From Spirochaetota bacterium (GTDB lineage: Bacteria > Spirochaetota > UBA4802 > UBA5550): a stretch of DNA of 64,000 nt. The notes under the pieces are model-generated. The model saw nothing but the letters and a program-made list of their open reading frames with translations, did not search any database and was not told the origin of the DNA. The position numbers were made by a program, and so were the translations under genes. The DNA lies in the NCBI GenBank assembly GCA_016929135.1, contig JAFGJK010000030.1, forward strand, positions 5,531 to 69,530. The letters run 5' to 3'. Positions 47,312 through 57,027 of the stretch are shown here, in pieces (within the stretch, counting starts at the first letter, position 1; every line of letters starts with the position of its first letter).

Positions 47312-48682
47312 TCATGGGGACGGCACGGTCCCGCCCCTGCATACCAGCCCCATGACAAAGCGAAAGAACCGGCCATACCCCCTTTGCATTATCCTGCTGT
47401 TGAATGTCCAGCGAATGAACCGCAGCAACGGGTACCGCCGGGGGATGAGGGTGCTCCTGGCATCGTCAAAGGTTATCGTCTCTATGGCGAAATTCTTCTG
47501 GAACAGGGATACAATCCACTGGTAGGTTATTATGGCGATCATGTCCCACGCCCGGCGCACATGATCGCGCGGGGGGTGGACATCCTCCCCCATGGCGATA
47601 CGCACGATCTCGATGCTGTGGTAGACGTCAATCCTGCTGCCCAGAAGCTCCTTGGCAGCCCAGAGGAGGTAGATGCACCCGGCGCAGTACGAGACGAGCG
47701 CCGAGGCGCCGGTCTCTTCCGCCTCCCGGAACTTCAGCATGCTCGTGTTGATAATCTCAAAGGGCATCGATATGTTTCTCTTCCATGAGGCGCCCCTGCC
47801 GAAGCCGCAGCAGAGGGCGTTCTGCCTGTTATGACGCATCTCCACTATTCGGCAGCCGCACCGCTTCAGTATCTCCCGGTGCGTGTCCCAGACGGCGCTG
47901 CCCATGGGTTTGGAATAGCAGTTGTCATGGACGGTAATTGCGATATTGAGGCTCCTGGTTAAGGTTATCCTGCCCGTATCGAGGGATTCCTTCAGCCATT
48001 CGGTGAAATTAATAAAGGGGGTGACGTGGATGACCCCCATCTCACGGGGATGGACGTGAGCGAACATATGGTAGACGGCGTCAAGGAGAGGAACAGCCGC
48101 TTTCGCGCCCCATGCCTGTAAGTCCTCTCTGCACCTCAGGGCGATGTCTCGTACGAGATCGAGGTATCCCCCCTGGTAAAGGTACGCCCCCCCCTCCCAT
48201 TGATCCAACATGTCGATGGGCTTGAAGAAACCGAGCAGCGCGCTGCGCCCCAGTATGAAGGGGAAGAGGCGGGTATAGCTCCCCACCAGAAGGATCGTGT
48301 CATCCCTGCCGGGCTCGCCGTTCATCCATTCATCGATCCACCCCCGCTCCTCGGGGGATACAAACAGATTCAGAAGCTGCCATATGTTCGGCTCATACGT
48401 GGGGCAGACAAAACGGTACAGCGGCGGGGCCCCCGTTTTTTTGTACCGTTCGTTCCATCTGCGCTGAATGAGACCGTAGGGCTTGGCGTCCTTCGGACAA
48501 TAGATGTCACAGGACATGCAGGAGGTGCACCGGGTCAGGACAATCGTCGAGCCACCCCTCTCGATGAGATTGTGCATCTCCGTACGGGCCTCTTCAATCG
48601 GCAGCTGCAAAACGGGACACTGGTGGAGGCATTCGCCGCAGCGGTCGCATGCGTCGCCGTTAAATCGGGATACCCTCTCCAT
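47312..48682 (-). CDS. Fe-S oxidoreductase (ferredoxin plus CCG domain, HdrD/GlpC-like)
   Basis: CDRCGECLHQCP, CTSCMSCDIYCP, VHDNC, LCCGFG and YCAGC. Confidence 0.88.
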   Translation of the reverse strand: MERVSRFNGDACDRCGECLHQCPVLQLPIEEARTEMHNLIERGGSTIVLTRCTSCMSCDIYCPKDAKPYGLIQRRWNERYKKTGAPPLYRFVCPTYEPNIWQLLNLFVSPEERGWIDEWMNGEPGRDDTILLVGSYTRLFPFILGRSALLGFFKPIDMLDQWEGGAYLYQGGYLDLVRDIALRCREDLQAWGAKAAVPLLDAVYHMFAHVHPREMGVIHVTPFINFTEWLKESLDTGRITLTRSLNIAITVHDNCYSKPMGSAVWDTHREILKRCGCRIVEMRHNRQNALCCGFGRGASWKRNISMPFEIINTSMLKFREAEETGASALVSYCAGCIYLLWAAKELLGSRIDVYHSIEIVRIAMGEDVHPPRDHVRRAWDMIAIITYQWIVSLFQKNFAIETITFDDARSTLIPRRYPLLRFIRWTFNSRIMQRGYGRFFRFVMGLVCRGGTVPSP

Positions 48683-48874
48683 GGATGATATCATAGCATC
48701 CTGTAAAATATTGTTCAATAACAATATTCAGCGACCAGTAATTATCGATACCCATTCCCCTGAAATGCCCCCTTGTCTTCGGCGGCCGGGATCACGGGTA
48801 CAACCATGATGAGACACGGTGGGGCATGAATGACTGATGAAGTTTTACACGGAGACAGGGGCGCGGGGTCTCCG

Positions 48875-49942
48875 CTACACATGATCCAATATTCCCTCCC
48901 GTGTGCCGAAGGCCTGCCGTAAAAGCTTCTCCGCCCCGAAATTGGTAATCACGATCAGGTAATCGTTGTTCTCTATGACAGTATCATCCGGAGGATTTTT
49001 CAACAACTCATAATTGTCTTTTCGTTTCTTGCTCAAACCGATCAAGATGCTGTCATAGTTCTTCTTTATCGAAAAAAAGGCATCTCCGTAGCTGCTGTTG
49101 ACAAAGGGATTTTTGGGAGTGACGCGGTACTGCTGCACATCAAAGTCACTATCCTTTTTCGTGGCGGAGAGCAGGTCCGCATTGTATTTCGCCACGTCTG
49201 GCTCAAAGATGTAGCTGGCCACCAGCTTGGCGGCCACCTCGTTCCTGGAAAGGATGTAGTCCACCCCCGCCGTGTAAAAGGTATCCTTCAGACTGGCATT
49301 GTCCAGGGTAATCAGGAATTTCAAATTCCCAAAATTCTTTTTCATGTTCAGGATATACACCAGTTTTTCCGTATCATTATCCAGGTTAACAAAAATAATA
49401 TAGGCGGCCTCTATCTTCACCTTTTTCAGATTTTCCAGGTTGTCATAATCAGAGAACAGCACGAATACCTGTTTCTCATCGTAATTCTCGCGAATCAACT
49501 CTAAGTCGTCCTTTTTCTTACAAACAATCGCCACCCTGTTGCCCGCATTGATCAGCTGTTCCACGATAGACTTTGAAAAGTCATCCCAGCCGATAATCAC
49601 AATGTGGTTTTTGAATTTGCTGCCGAATAATCCCATTTTTCTCTTCTCCCTTATGTTGATAAACACATCGGTGAGCTTGCTGATCAGAAATCCAAGGAAA
49701 CCCAGGCTGCAGATCACAAAAAAATAGCCGATCAGCCTGCCGCTCGCCGATACGGGGTATGTATCCCCGTAGCCCACGGTGGTCAACGTAACGACGGCAT
49801 ACCAGAGGGCATCGGCAAAAGTCCTTATGCTGGATCCTGCGGCGTCCTTTTCGAGGTAAACCAGAAGGTTAAGCAGAAGGATAATACAAATGACAGCGAG
49901 TACAAGAATTATTGTGAATCTGATCTTTCTGTATATCTTCAT
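48875..49942 (-). CDS. 2-TM potassium channel with RCK/TrkA domains
   Basis: Selectivity filter TLTTVGYGD and NHIVIIGW Rossmann fold; AT-rich. Confidence 0.93.
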   Translation of the reverse strand: MKIYRKIRFTIILVLAVICIILLLNLLVYLEKDAAGSSIRTFADALWYAVVTLTTVGYGDTYPVSASGRLIGYFFVICSLGFLGFLISKLTDVFINIREKRKMGLFGSKFKNHIVIIGWDDFSKSIVEQLINAGNRVAIVCKKKDDLELIRENYDEKQVFVLFSDYDNLENLKKVKIEAAYIIFVNLDNDTEKLVYILNMKKNFGNLKFLITLDNASLKDTFYTAGVDYILSRNEVAAKLVASYIFEPDVAKYNADLLSATKKDSDFDVQQYRVTPKNPFVNSSYGDAFFSIKKNYDSILIGLSKKRKDNYELLKNPPDDTVIENNDYLIVITNFGAEKLLRQAFGTREGILDHV

Positions 49943-49987
49943 TGAATACCCCGAGACACCAGGCAGTACCGGCAGTGTATGTTTATA

Positions 49988-50016
49988 ATTTTATAAAAAT
50001 CTATCAAATTTGTCAA
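49988..50016 (-). promoter_or_regulatory. sigma70 promoter for the K+ channel
   Basis: TTGACA-N17-TAAAAT on the minus strand. Confidence 0.7.
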
Positions 50017-50134
50017 CCCCGGTAAAGACAGGCGGTTGCGACATTACTTCCCAGGGGGTATTACCGATTCGCTGCATGATTCACCTATCACCTTCTTTCT
50101 GCCGATTCAGTGATTATCCAAATCGATTCTTGCT

Positions 50135-50456
50135 CTATTGCGCGAGACAGACCATCTCGAAAGCCAGATGCTGTTGAGGATCATCGTTCCGCCCCCCTCA
50201 GTAACAATCCCTTCGATTCCCGCAGCATCACGATTCCTCGCACCGGCGAGTAGATCACCGGTGTGCCCGTGAATACCTCCGGGCGCATAAATGTCGATGG
50301 TCCGAGAATAACAGCGGTCCGCGGATTCCCCAGCGAGGAGAGGATCCCCTCCATTGTGCCGGTGATGATGGACGCTGCCCTCACAATGGCAACGCTACGG
50401 CCTTCTGAAACCGGAGTACAGCATTCGATTATCCGTTGCTGGATTGAATCAGTCAT
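50135..50456 (-). pseudogene. internally deleted, frameshifted DUF364-family remnant
   Basis: AASIITGTMEGILSSL...AVILGPSTFMRPEVF, then frameshifted LLAGAR...IEGIVTEG. Much shorter than the family norm. Confidence 0.6.
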
Positions 50457-50602
50457 TTCGACATTACAGATGGCAAACAGTATTCAGTGCCGCATCAGAT
50501 TGGGCTCATTCTGCCAAACACAATCCCATGGACCGGGCTGCCGTGATACCAGCGGTTTTCCATCGGAATTCCCGACACTGTTCCTTTCACAGAATTCGCC
50601 AG

Positions 50603-51934
50603 CTATTCTTCCTTGGACTGCAATAGTCTTTCGCCTTCAGTCGCCGCGATGATGGCCGCACCGCAACTGTCGCTCCACACGTTTATCGCCGTACGGCACA
50701 TATCCAGTGGGCGGTCCACCACCAGAATGAGACCGATGGCGGCATCCGGCAGCCCTATGGCTCTCAGGATTATAACGATGGCCACCAGGCTCGCCGAGGG
50801 GATCCCGGCGACGCCGATCGAGGTGAGCAATGAGATGATCACGATGAGCACCTGCATCCCGAAGCTGATGTCCAGCCCGTAGGCCTGGGCGATGAACATG
50901 GCGGCGACACACTCGTACAACGCGGTTCCGTCCATATTTATCGTTGCCCCCAGCGGCAGCACGAAACTCGACACCTCCTTGGAAACGCCTGCCAGAGAGA
51001 CCCCCTCGATAGTCTCCGGAAGGGTTGCCGAGGACGAACTTGTGGAGAATGCAGTCAGCAGGGCCTTCATCATCACTCTCATGTAAAGATAGGGGTTGAT
51101 CCTCCCAATGGCGAGGAGCAACAGCGACGTGGACACGAACAGATGTATCAGCAGGGCGCACAGCACAATGGCCGCAAACTTAAGGAGGGGTATGATCGAA
51201 TCGAAGCCGGTCTCGCTCACAGTCAGGGAGACCAGTCCGAACACGCCGATTGGGGCGATTCTCATGACCAGATTGGTCAGGCTGAGCATGATGTCATAGA
51301 TGCCGTTCCAGAAAAGCAGCTGGACCTCCCTGTATCTGTCGGTGAGCTCCCGGATGAAGAAACCGAAGATCAGGCTGAAGACGATCAGGCCGAGCATCTG
51401 TCCTTCACTGGCCGCCTTGAATATGTTTGGCGGCACCATTCGCAGAAAGATATTGTAAATCTCGTTTCTGTCGCGCCCGCTGATTTCCTGAATCTGATCG
51501 GCAGAGAGCGGCGCAAGGGCCAGCGACTCCTTGGCCGGGAGCCCGTCAATGATGCCGGGCTGAAAGATATTCACGAGGAGCAGACCCGTCAGAATCGCGA
51601 TCAGACTGGTGGTCATGTAGTACAGAATGGTCTTCATCCCCAGTCGGGCGAATCCCTTCCCCGACTGAATGTTGGATATCCCCGTAATGATTGCCGCAAC
51701 GATCAGAGGCACCACAATCAATTTGAGTGCGTTTAGGAATATCGTTCCCAGAAACCGGAAGACGCCGGTCAGATCGACAATGCCGTTGCTGCCGAAGAAC
51801 AATCCCATGGGGACCGCGAGGACGAGAGCGATCAGTATCTTCCAGTGCAGAGCGATTTTTGTCATGCCGGTCGGTTTCAAGGTCAATCGAACTTTTTTTG
51901 GATTTTCAGGAATCTTCACCGGAGGGATTGCCAT
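50603..51934 (-). CDS. dicarboxylate/amino acid:cation symporter (GltP/GltT family)
   Basis: Motifs AFSTSSSSATLP, PLGATINMDGTALY, SIGVAGIP and DRPLDMCRTAINV. Start may be 51865. Confidence 0.95.
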   Translation of the reverse strand: MAIPPVKIPENPKKVRLTLKPTGMTKIALHWKILIALVLAVPMGLFFGSNGIVDLTGVFRFLGTIFLNALKLIVVPLIVAAIITGISNIQSGKGFARLGMKTILYYMTTSLIAILTGLLLVNIFQPGIIDGLPAKESLALAPLSADQIQEISGRDRNEIYNIFLRMVPPNIFKAASEGQMLGLIVFSLIFGFFIRELTDRYREVQLLFWNGIYDIMLSLTNLVMRIAPIGVFGLVSLTVSETGFDSIIPLLKFAAIVLCALLIHLFVSTSLLLLAIGRINPYLYMRVMMKALLTAFSTSSSSATLPETIEGVSLAGVSKEVSSFVLPLGATINMDGTALYECVAAMFIAQAYGLDISFGMQVLIVIISLLTSIGVAGIPSASLVAIVIILRAIGLPDAAIGLILVVDRPLDMCRTAINVWSDSCGAAIIAATEGERLLQSKEE

Positions 51935-52336
51935 CTATCGGACACGGCACCCTCGCTCTTCCACTTGATAGCCGCTGTCATATCGGCTTCTTGCATATCC
52001 GCGCGCCTGGAATTATACAATAAGAATTCATACAGAATCGCAGAATAATGCTACATGCATCTCTCTTTCGTGCATGTTAGGAGAATGAATGTTGATGATC
52101 AAGCGAAAAAAGTGTGATGGTATATCTGATCGATTCCATCCCACTGCAATCCCAAAATCCCCCGGAGTTACGAGATGCCCTGCCACAAAACGCGATACGG
52201 GACAACGGATCATGGCCGGCCCGGACTTGCGTGAATCCACCAGTTTCCGACGGGAATCACCGGCGATGGGTTTCCACCCATCGAACAAGATTCCTCCTGA
52301 CAGTCAGGGCATCCCGCCGGGCTCCCCCCGGCGTCC

Positions 52337-52854
52337 TCAATGCCCGGCGCCGAAAAGTTCATCGATATAGGCCCTCGCCTTCCGGTATTCCCAGGTGAAA
52401 CCGGCCATGGTCAGCAGATACGCCAGGAGCGTCATGCCCAGCGGAACGAGCGCGAACAGGAGGCTTTCACCCGTCACCGGGGCATTGTCCCGAGCATGGA
52501 GATCAGGTTCTCGATCATACGCACATAATACGAAAGGACTCCGAGAACCCAGAGGGCAAGGAACACTATCGTGACGTCATGCAGCCTCATCGTCACATCC
52601 ATCCGAACCCTCCCGCACGGGTCCGGCCGCAGGATCATCCGCACCTGGGGCAGAAAGGAGTTGCGGTAGTGGATGATCCTCCGCAGCTCGATCGTTTCAC
52701 CGCCCAGCACCCTCGCCTCGTAAGGATGCCTGTGGCTTCTGAAAAATGTATAGAGGCATTTCCATCGGTCGAAGCGATCCCCAATCATGGCGAGGATCTC
52801 CTCCTCCCCGTAGGGCGTTACAAGCTCGTAGCGGCGATAGGGGAGCAGCTTCAT
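52337..52854 (-). pseudogene. membrane protein split by a 1-nt deletion at a G run (52489-52491)
   Basis: Adding one G extends the ORF with DNAPVTGESLLFALVPLGMTLLAYLLTMAGFTWEYRKARAYIDELFGAGH-stop, supplying a second TM helix. Confidence 0.65.
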
Positions 52855-52994
52855 GGGTTCACCCCTGTAATTGGCGGCGGCGACGGATTTCCCTGCATCA
52901 TACGGCCCGGCATTGGCAGGGCCCCTCTCAATGACCTTCCGATACTGACTGCTGCCTCACGACGCCGCCGCCATGGACCGAACACACACGCCGA

Positions 52995-53912
52995 TCACCT
53001 GAAGAAATCCCGCAGCAGCGAGGTGTACATCGCCGGCTCGTTGAGATAGGGGAAATGCCCCTTGTTGTGGAGCGTGACGACCCGCGCCCCGGGATAGGTG
53101 CGCTTCAGCATCCCCCGTAACGCCGGCTCCACCAGTGGATCGTTGTCCGATTCAATGATCATGACCGGAATACGCAGTGCCTCCACATCGGGGGGCGTGA
53201 AGGGATCGATCACGCAGTGGTACCGGGCGATGAACTGGTCCCTGCTCATCTTTCCGTGGGACTGCTCCAGCATGAAGGCCCTGACCAGCTCGGAGCGCTC
53301 CGCCGCAGGGTACAGCTTCTCCTCGGTGTTCTTCCTGAGGATGCCCATGACGACCCACGAGGGGGCCAGGGGGAGCACCGTGCCGGCGGCCCTGTTCTTC
53401 CGGGCGATTATCGTGTTTGGCGGAAATGTATTGGCGAAGACCGCCCTGTCGATCCTTTCAGGGTGGCGGGCGACGAGATACTGCGCCAGGTATCCCCCCA
53501 GGGATGTCCCCACCACGTTCACCCTTTCAATCTTTTCGGAATCCAGTACCCTCATGATACCGGCGGCGAGCCCGGAGAGGCTCCGCACCGGAGGATAGGT
53601 GACCGACAGGACCCGGTAGTCCCCCTGCAGGTCCAGCACCTGCTGCCACCAGATGTCGCAGGCACCGGTCATGCCGTGCAGAAAGAGGACGGTCCTGCCG
53701 CCGCTGCCGGCGACGCAGTACCGCCAGCGTGCGCCATCGACAACCAGCTCCCTGGCAGAATAGTCCTTTCTGAAGGAGGCCAGTGAGGCCGCGATGCTTT
53801 GGTCCACCCTGCCGTATATCTTCGTGAAGGGGGGGGACGGGCAGGGGAAGAGATACAGCGCCGCCACCGCGATGACCAGTACAACCGGGATAATGAGTAG
53901 TGCGCGTTTCAT
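52995..53912 (-). CDS. alpha/beta hydrolase with N-terminal anchor
   Basis: LFLHG; nucleophile GTSLGG; Asp in SDNDP; His in GHFPY. Confidence 0.9.
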   Translation of the reverse strand: MKRALLIIPVVLVIAVAALYLFPCPSPPFTKIYGRVDQSIAASLASFRKDYSARELVVDGARWRYCVAGSGGRTVLFLHGMTGACDIWWQQVLDLQGDYRVLSVTYPPVRSLSGLAAGIMRVLDSEKIERVNVVGTSLGGYLAQYLVARHPERIDRAVFANTFPPNTIIARKNRAAGTVLPLAPSWVVMGILRKNTEEKLYPAAERSELVRAFMLEQSHGKMSRDQFIARYHCVIDPFTPPDVEALRIPVMIIESDNDPLVEPALRGMLKRTYPGARVVTLHNKGHFPYLNEPAMYTSLLRDFFR

Positions 53913-53948
53913 GTATCGACCCTCCATACGAGTAGTTTCCCGGCAGGG

Positions 53949-54413
53949 CTACCGCACCGCCATGCACTCGATCTCCACGCGGGCACCCAGGGCGAGGCCG
54001 CTCCCCGCGACGGCGCTGCGTGCCGGATACGGCGCGGAAAAATAGGTCCTGTAGACCCTGCTCATCGCCGGCCATTCCGCGATGTCCGCCATATAGACCG
54101 TGCATTTCACCACGTCCTTCATCTCCAGACCGCTGCGGCGAAGCGTCTCCCGTATGTTCTCCATGGCCTGTCTCGTCTCCGCCTCGATCCCACCCTCCAC
54201 CAGCTTCATCTCGCCGGGAACGGTGCCGATCTGGCCGGAGAGGTAGAAGGTGTCCCCCACCCTCACCGCCTCGGAAAAGGGGAGGTTCTTCGCCGCCATC
54301 CCCGGCGGGTTCAGGCGCTCCACCGCCGGATGCCTGTCGCAGGAGGAGGCGGTGAAGAGCAACAGCGCCGCGAGCAAGGAACCGTGAAACAGGGACGATC
54401 TCCAGCGTGTCAT
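53949..54413 (-). CDS. RidA/YjgF-family protein with N-terminal lipoprotein-like signal
   Basis: PFSEAVRVGDTFYLSGQIG, YPARSAV and VEIE; leader MTRWRSSLFHGSLLAALLLFTASSC. Confidence 0.9.
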   Translation of the reverse strand: MTRWRSSLFHGSLLAALLLFTASSCDRHPAVERLNPPGMAAKNLPFSEAVRVGDTFYLSGQIGTVPGEMKLVEGGIEAETRQAMENIRETLRRSGLEMKDVVKCTVYMADIAEWPAMSRVYRTYFSAPYPARSAVAGSGLALGARVEIECMAVR

Positions 54414-54465
54414 GATTCATTCCTCCATTCGTTTCAAATGTAATTGCACCGCATCCCGCAATGCT

Positions 54466-55353
54466 TCATTGAATCCAGGTGACGCTCTGCGCAGAGCGCC
54501 GGATCCCCCGCCGGTACCGGTACTTCGGAAACCCGATTATGATCGACGACAGCACGTCGTGCCCTTCCGGCACCCGGAACAGGGCACGAAGCTCCTTCAT
54601 TCTGTTGATGGCCGGCGGAATGATGTCCATGATGGAGCCGCCGAGCCCCAGGGCATGAAGCGCCAGCATGCCGTAGGTGGCGGCCACGTCGACATCGTCC
54701 CGGAGTTCCTCGTCCCGGTCGGCGTGAAACAGGATCATCGCCGGTGCGCGGCGGGTGATGGTGTCCTCGGCGCCGCTCTTCAGGTCGTCGAGCCGCGTTG
54801 CCAGGAGGGGGACCAGGTGATCCCGCAGCTGGGCGAACCTTTTGGCTCCGATTCCCCTTTTGATGAAGTACCGGGCGACCGGATTCTTCATCTTCTCATA
54901 GAGATAATCGTACAGCCGGATCATGTGCGGCAGCGATTGCCGCATCACCCCCCGGTCGTTGACCACGATCAGGCCGTACCGCAGGGGCGGGAACCCCGGC
55001 GGGGCCAGGGTGATCGCCTCGACGATCTTTTCGAGCATGCCGCCGGGTACGGGCTTTTCACTGAAATTGCGGACTGCGCGCCTGGTCCGTATCAGGTCGA
55101 AGAAGGCCCTTTCGTCGGGCCCGCTTCCGGGAAGGTCGAAAAAATCCCTCCCGTAGGAAAGCCCCTGTACGGCGATCGAACCGGTGGGACAGACGGCCAT
55201 GCACTGGCCGCACCCGAAGCATACGTGAACCCGGTCCGGCCGGGCGATCATTCCCCCATGCTCCCCCTTCACGATGATCCGATTGGGGCACACTGCGGCG
55301 CAGGTGCCGCAGCGCCTGCAGGTTGCATCGTCGAATGAAATGGCAGAATCCAT
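54466..55353 (-). CDS. nitroreductase with N-terminal 2x[4Fe-4S] ferredoxin
   Basis: CRRCGTCAAVCP, CFGCGQCMAVCP, RRAVRNF and LHALGLG. Confidence 0.92.
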   Translation of the reverse strand: MDSAISFDDATCRRCGTCAAVCPNRIIVKGEHGGMIARPDRVHVCFGCGQCMAVCPTGSIAVQGLSYGRDFFDLPGSGPDERAFFDLIRTRRAVRNFSEKPVPGGMLEKIVEAITLAPPGFPPLRYGLIVVNDRGVMRQSLPHMIRLYDYLYEKMKNPVARYFIKRGIGAKRFAQLRDHLVPLLATRLDDLKSGAEDTITRRAPAMILFHADRDEELRDDVDVAATYGMLALHALGLGGSIMDIIPPAINRMKELRALFRVPEGHDVLSSIIIGFPKYRYRRGIRRSAQSVTWIQ

Positions 55354-55575
55354 TGTCGCTACTCCCTTTTAAACCTGACAGGAAATCGAATGCGCCGCGA
55401 CGACTTCATCGACAGGGAGACCGTCGCGATCCCGGCATGTGTACCGCCGCCCTCACCGGGGAAATGATATATCATGATGCATGGGCAATCAAGCGGAAAA
55501 ACGAGAGCGCATATGCATTGTTCATCATGCCGGCCCGACGGCAGATGAAGAAGGTCCCGCCGGCGCGAAACACCG

Positions 55576-57027
55576 CTAGCGCCGCCAGAAGGTCGGCGTG
55601 AAGAGCACCAGCACCGTGTAGAGCTCCAGCCGCCCGATGAGCATGGCAAAGCAAAGCAGCCACTTCACGAATCCGCTGAAGATACTGTAATTCTCCGTGG
55701 GGCCCACCAGGCCGAAGCCGGGACCGATGTTCCCCAGGGTGGCAAGCGCGGCGCTCAGGGACGTGAGGATGTCGTGCCCTGAAAGGGCCACCACCAGCGT
55801 CACCGCCAGTATGATGAAGATGTACAGAAAGAAAAAGCCGGATATGGCGTAGGCCACGTCCTTCTTGATGGGGCTGCCGCTGATCCGCAGGGTGAATATT
55901 CCCCGTGGATGGAGAAGGTACTTCATCTCGTTGAGAGCCTGCTTGAACAGCGTCACCAGCCGGATGATCTTGATCCCCCCCCCGGTGGAGCCCGAGCAGC
56001 CCCCGAAGAACATCAGGATGAAGAGCACCGCCTGGGCCACCAGGGGCCATCGCTCGAAGTCCGCGGTGGCGAAGCCGGTGGTGGTGAGGATCGAGGCACA
56101 CTGGAACGAGGCGTGCCGCAGGGCCTCCCCGGGATGTCCGTACACTCTCCCGGCCAGCGACACGGTGAGGATCGCCGTGGCGCCCAGGAACACCACAATG
56201 TAGGTCCTGAACTCCGTGTCCCGCAGGAGTGACCCGCCGCTGCCGGTAAGAAGCCTGTAGTGCAGGGAGAAATTCACACCCGCCAGTATCATGAAGACGG
56301 TGATCACACCTTCAATGAGGGGGGAGTTGTAGGCGCCGACGCTGGCATTCCTGGTGGAGAATCCCCCGGTGGCGAGGGTGCCGAAGGTGTGCGTCAGCGC
56401 GTCGAAGAGATCCATCCCCCCCAGGAGGAGCAGCAGGGTCTCCGCAACGGTGAAGCCGATATAGATCGCCCAGAGTTTCTTGGCGGTCTCTGTGATCCTG
56501 GGGGAGATCTTGTCGACGGTGGGGCCCGGCGCCTCGGCCTGGATGAGCTGCATCCCCCCGATCCCCAGAATGGGAAGGATCGCCACGGTGAGCACGACGA
56601 TTCCCATGCCCCCCAGCCAGTGCGTCAGGGAGCGCCAGAAGAGCATCGACCTGGGGAGCCCCTCTATGTTCGTGAGGATCGACGCGCCGGTGGTGGTGAA
56701 GCCGGAAATGGTCTCGAAGAAGGCGTCTGTGTAGACGGGGATCGCGCCGGAGAGCCAGAAGGGGAGCGATCCCGCGATCGAGGCGAAGACCCAGGAGAAG
56801 GCCACGAAAAGGTATCCGTCCCTGGTAGAGAGCATCTTCGCCTTACTCCCACGCAGCAGGAAGAGGAGGAGGCCCGGACCGGCGGCGATGACGGCGATGG
56901 TGATGCCGAAGGCCTTTATCGAGGAAACCTCTCGGTACCCGATGGCGATGCACAGCGGTACGATCATGAAGAATCCGATGACGGCCATCACGAAGGAGAT
57001 GATCCGTATGACCATGAGCCCGTTCAT
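55576..57027 (-). CDS. trkH: Trk potassium uptake membrane protein
   Basis: Motifs FETISGFTTTGAS, WLGGMG, TLATGGFS, GSTGGGIK and GNIGPG. Its ATG overlaps the TGA (ATGA) of the corrected trkA frame. Confidence 0.93.
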   Translation of the reverse strand: MNGLMVIRIISFVMAVIGFFMIVPLCIAIGYREVSSIKAFGITIAVIAAGPGLLLFLLRGSKAKMLSTRDGYLFVAFSWVFASIAGSLPFWLSGAIPVYTDAFFETISGFTTTGASILTNIEGLPRSMLFWRSLTHWLGGMGIVVLTVAILPILGIGGMQLIQAEAPGPTVDKISPRITETAKKLWAIYIGFTVAETLLLLLGGMDLFDALTHTFGTLATGGFSTRNASVGAYNSPLIEGVITVFMILAGVNFSLHYRLLTGSGGSLLRDTEFRTYIVVFLGATAILTVSLAGRVYGHPGEALRHASFQCASILTTTGFATADFERWPLVAQAVLFILMFFGGCSGSTGGGIKIIRLVTLFKQALNEMKYLLHPRGIFTLRISGSPIKKDVAYAISGFFFLYIFIILAVTLVVALSGHDILTSLSAALATLGNIGPGFGLVGPTENYSIFSGFVKWLLCFAMLIGRLELYTVLVLFTPTFWRR

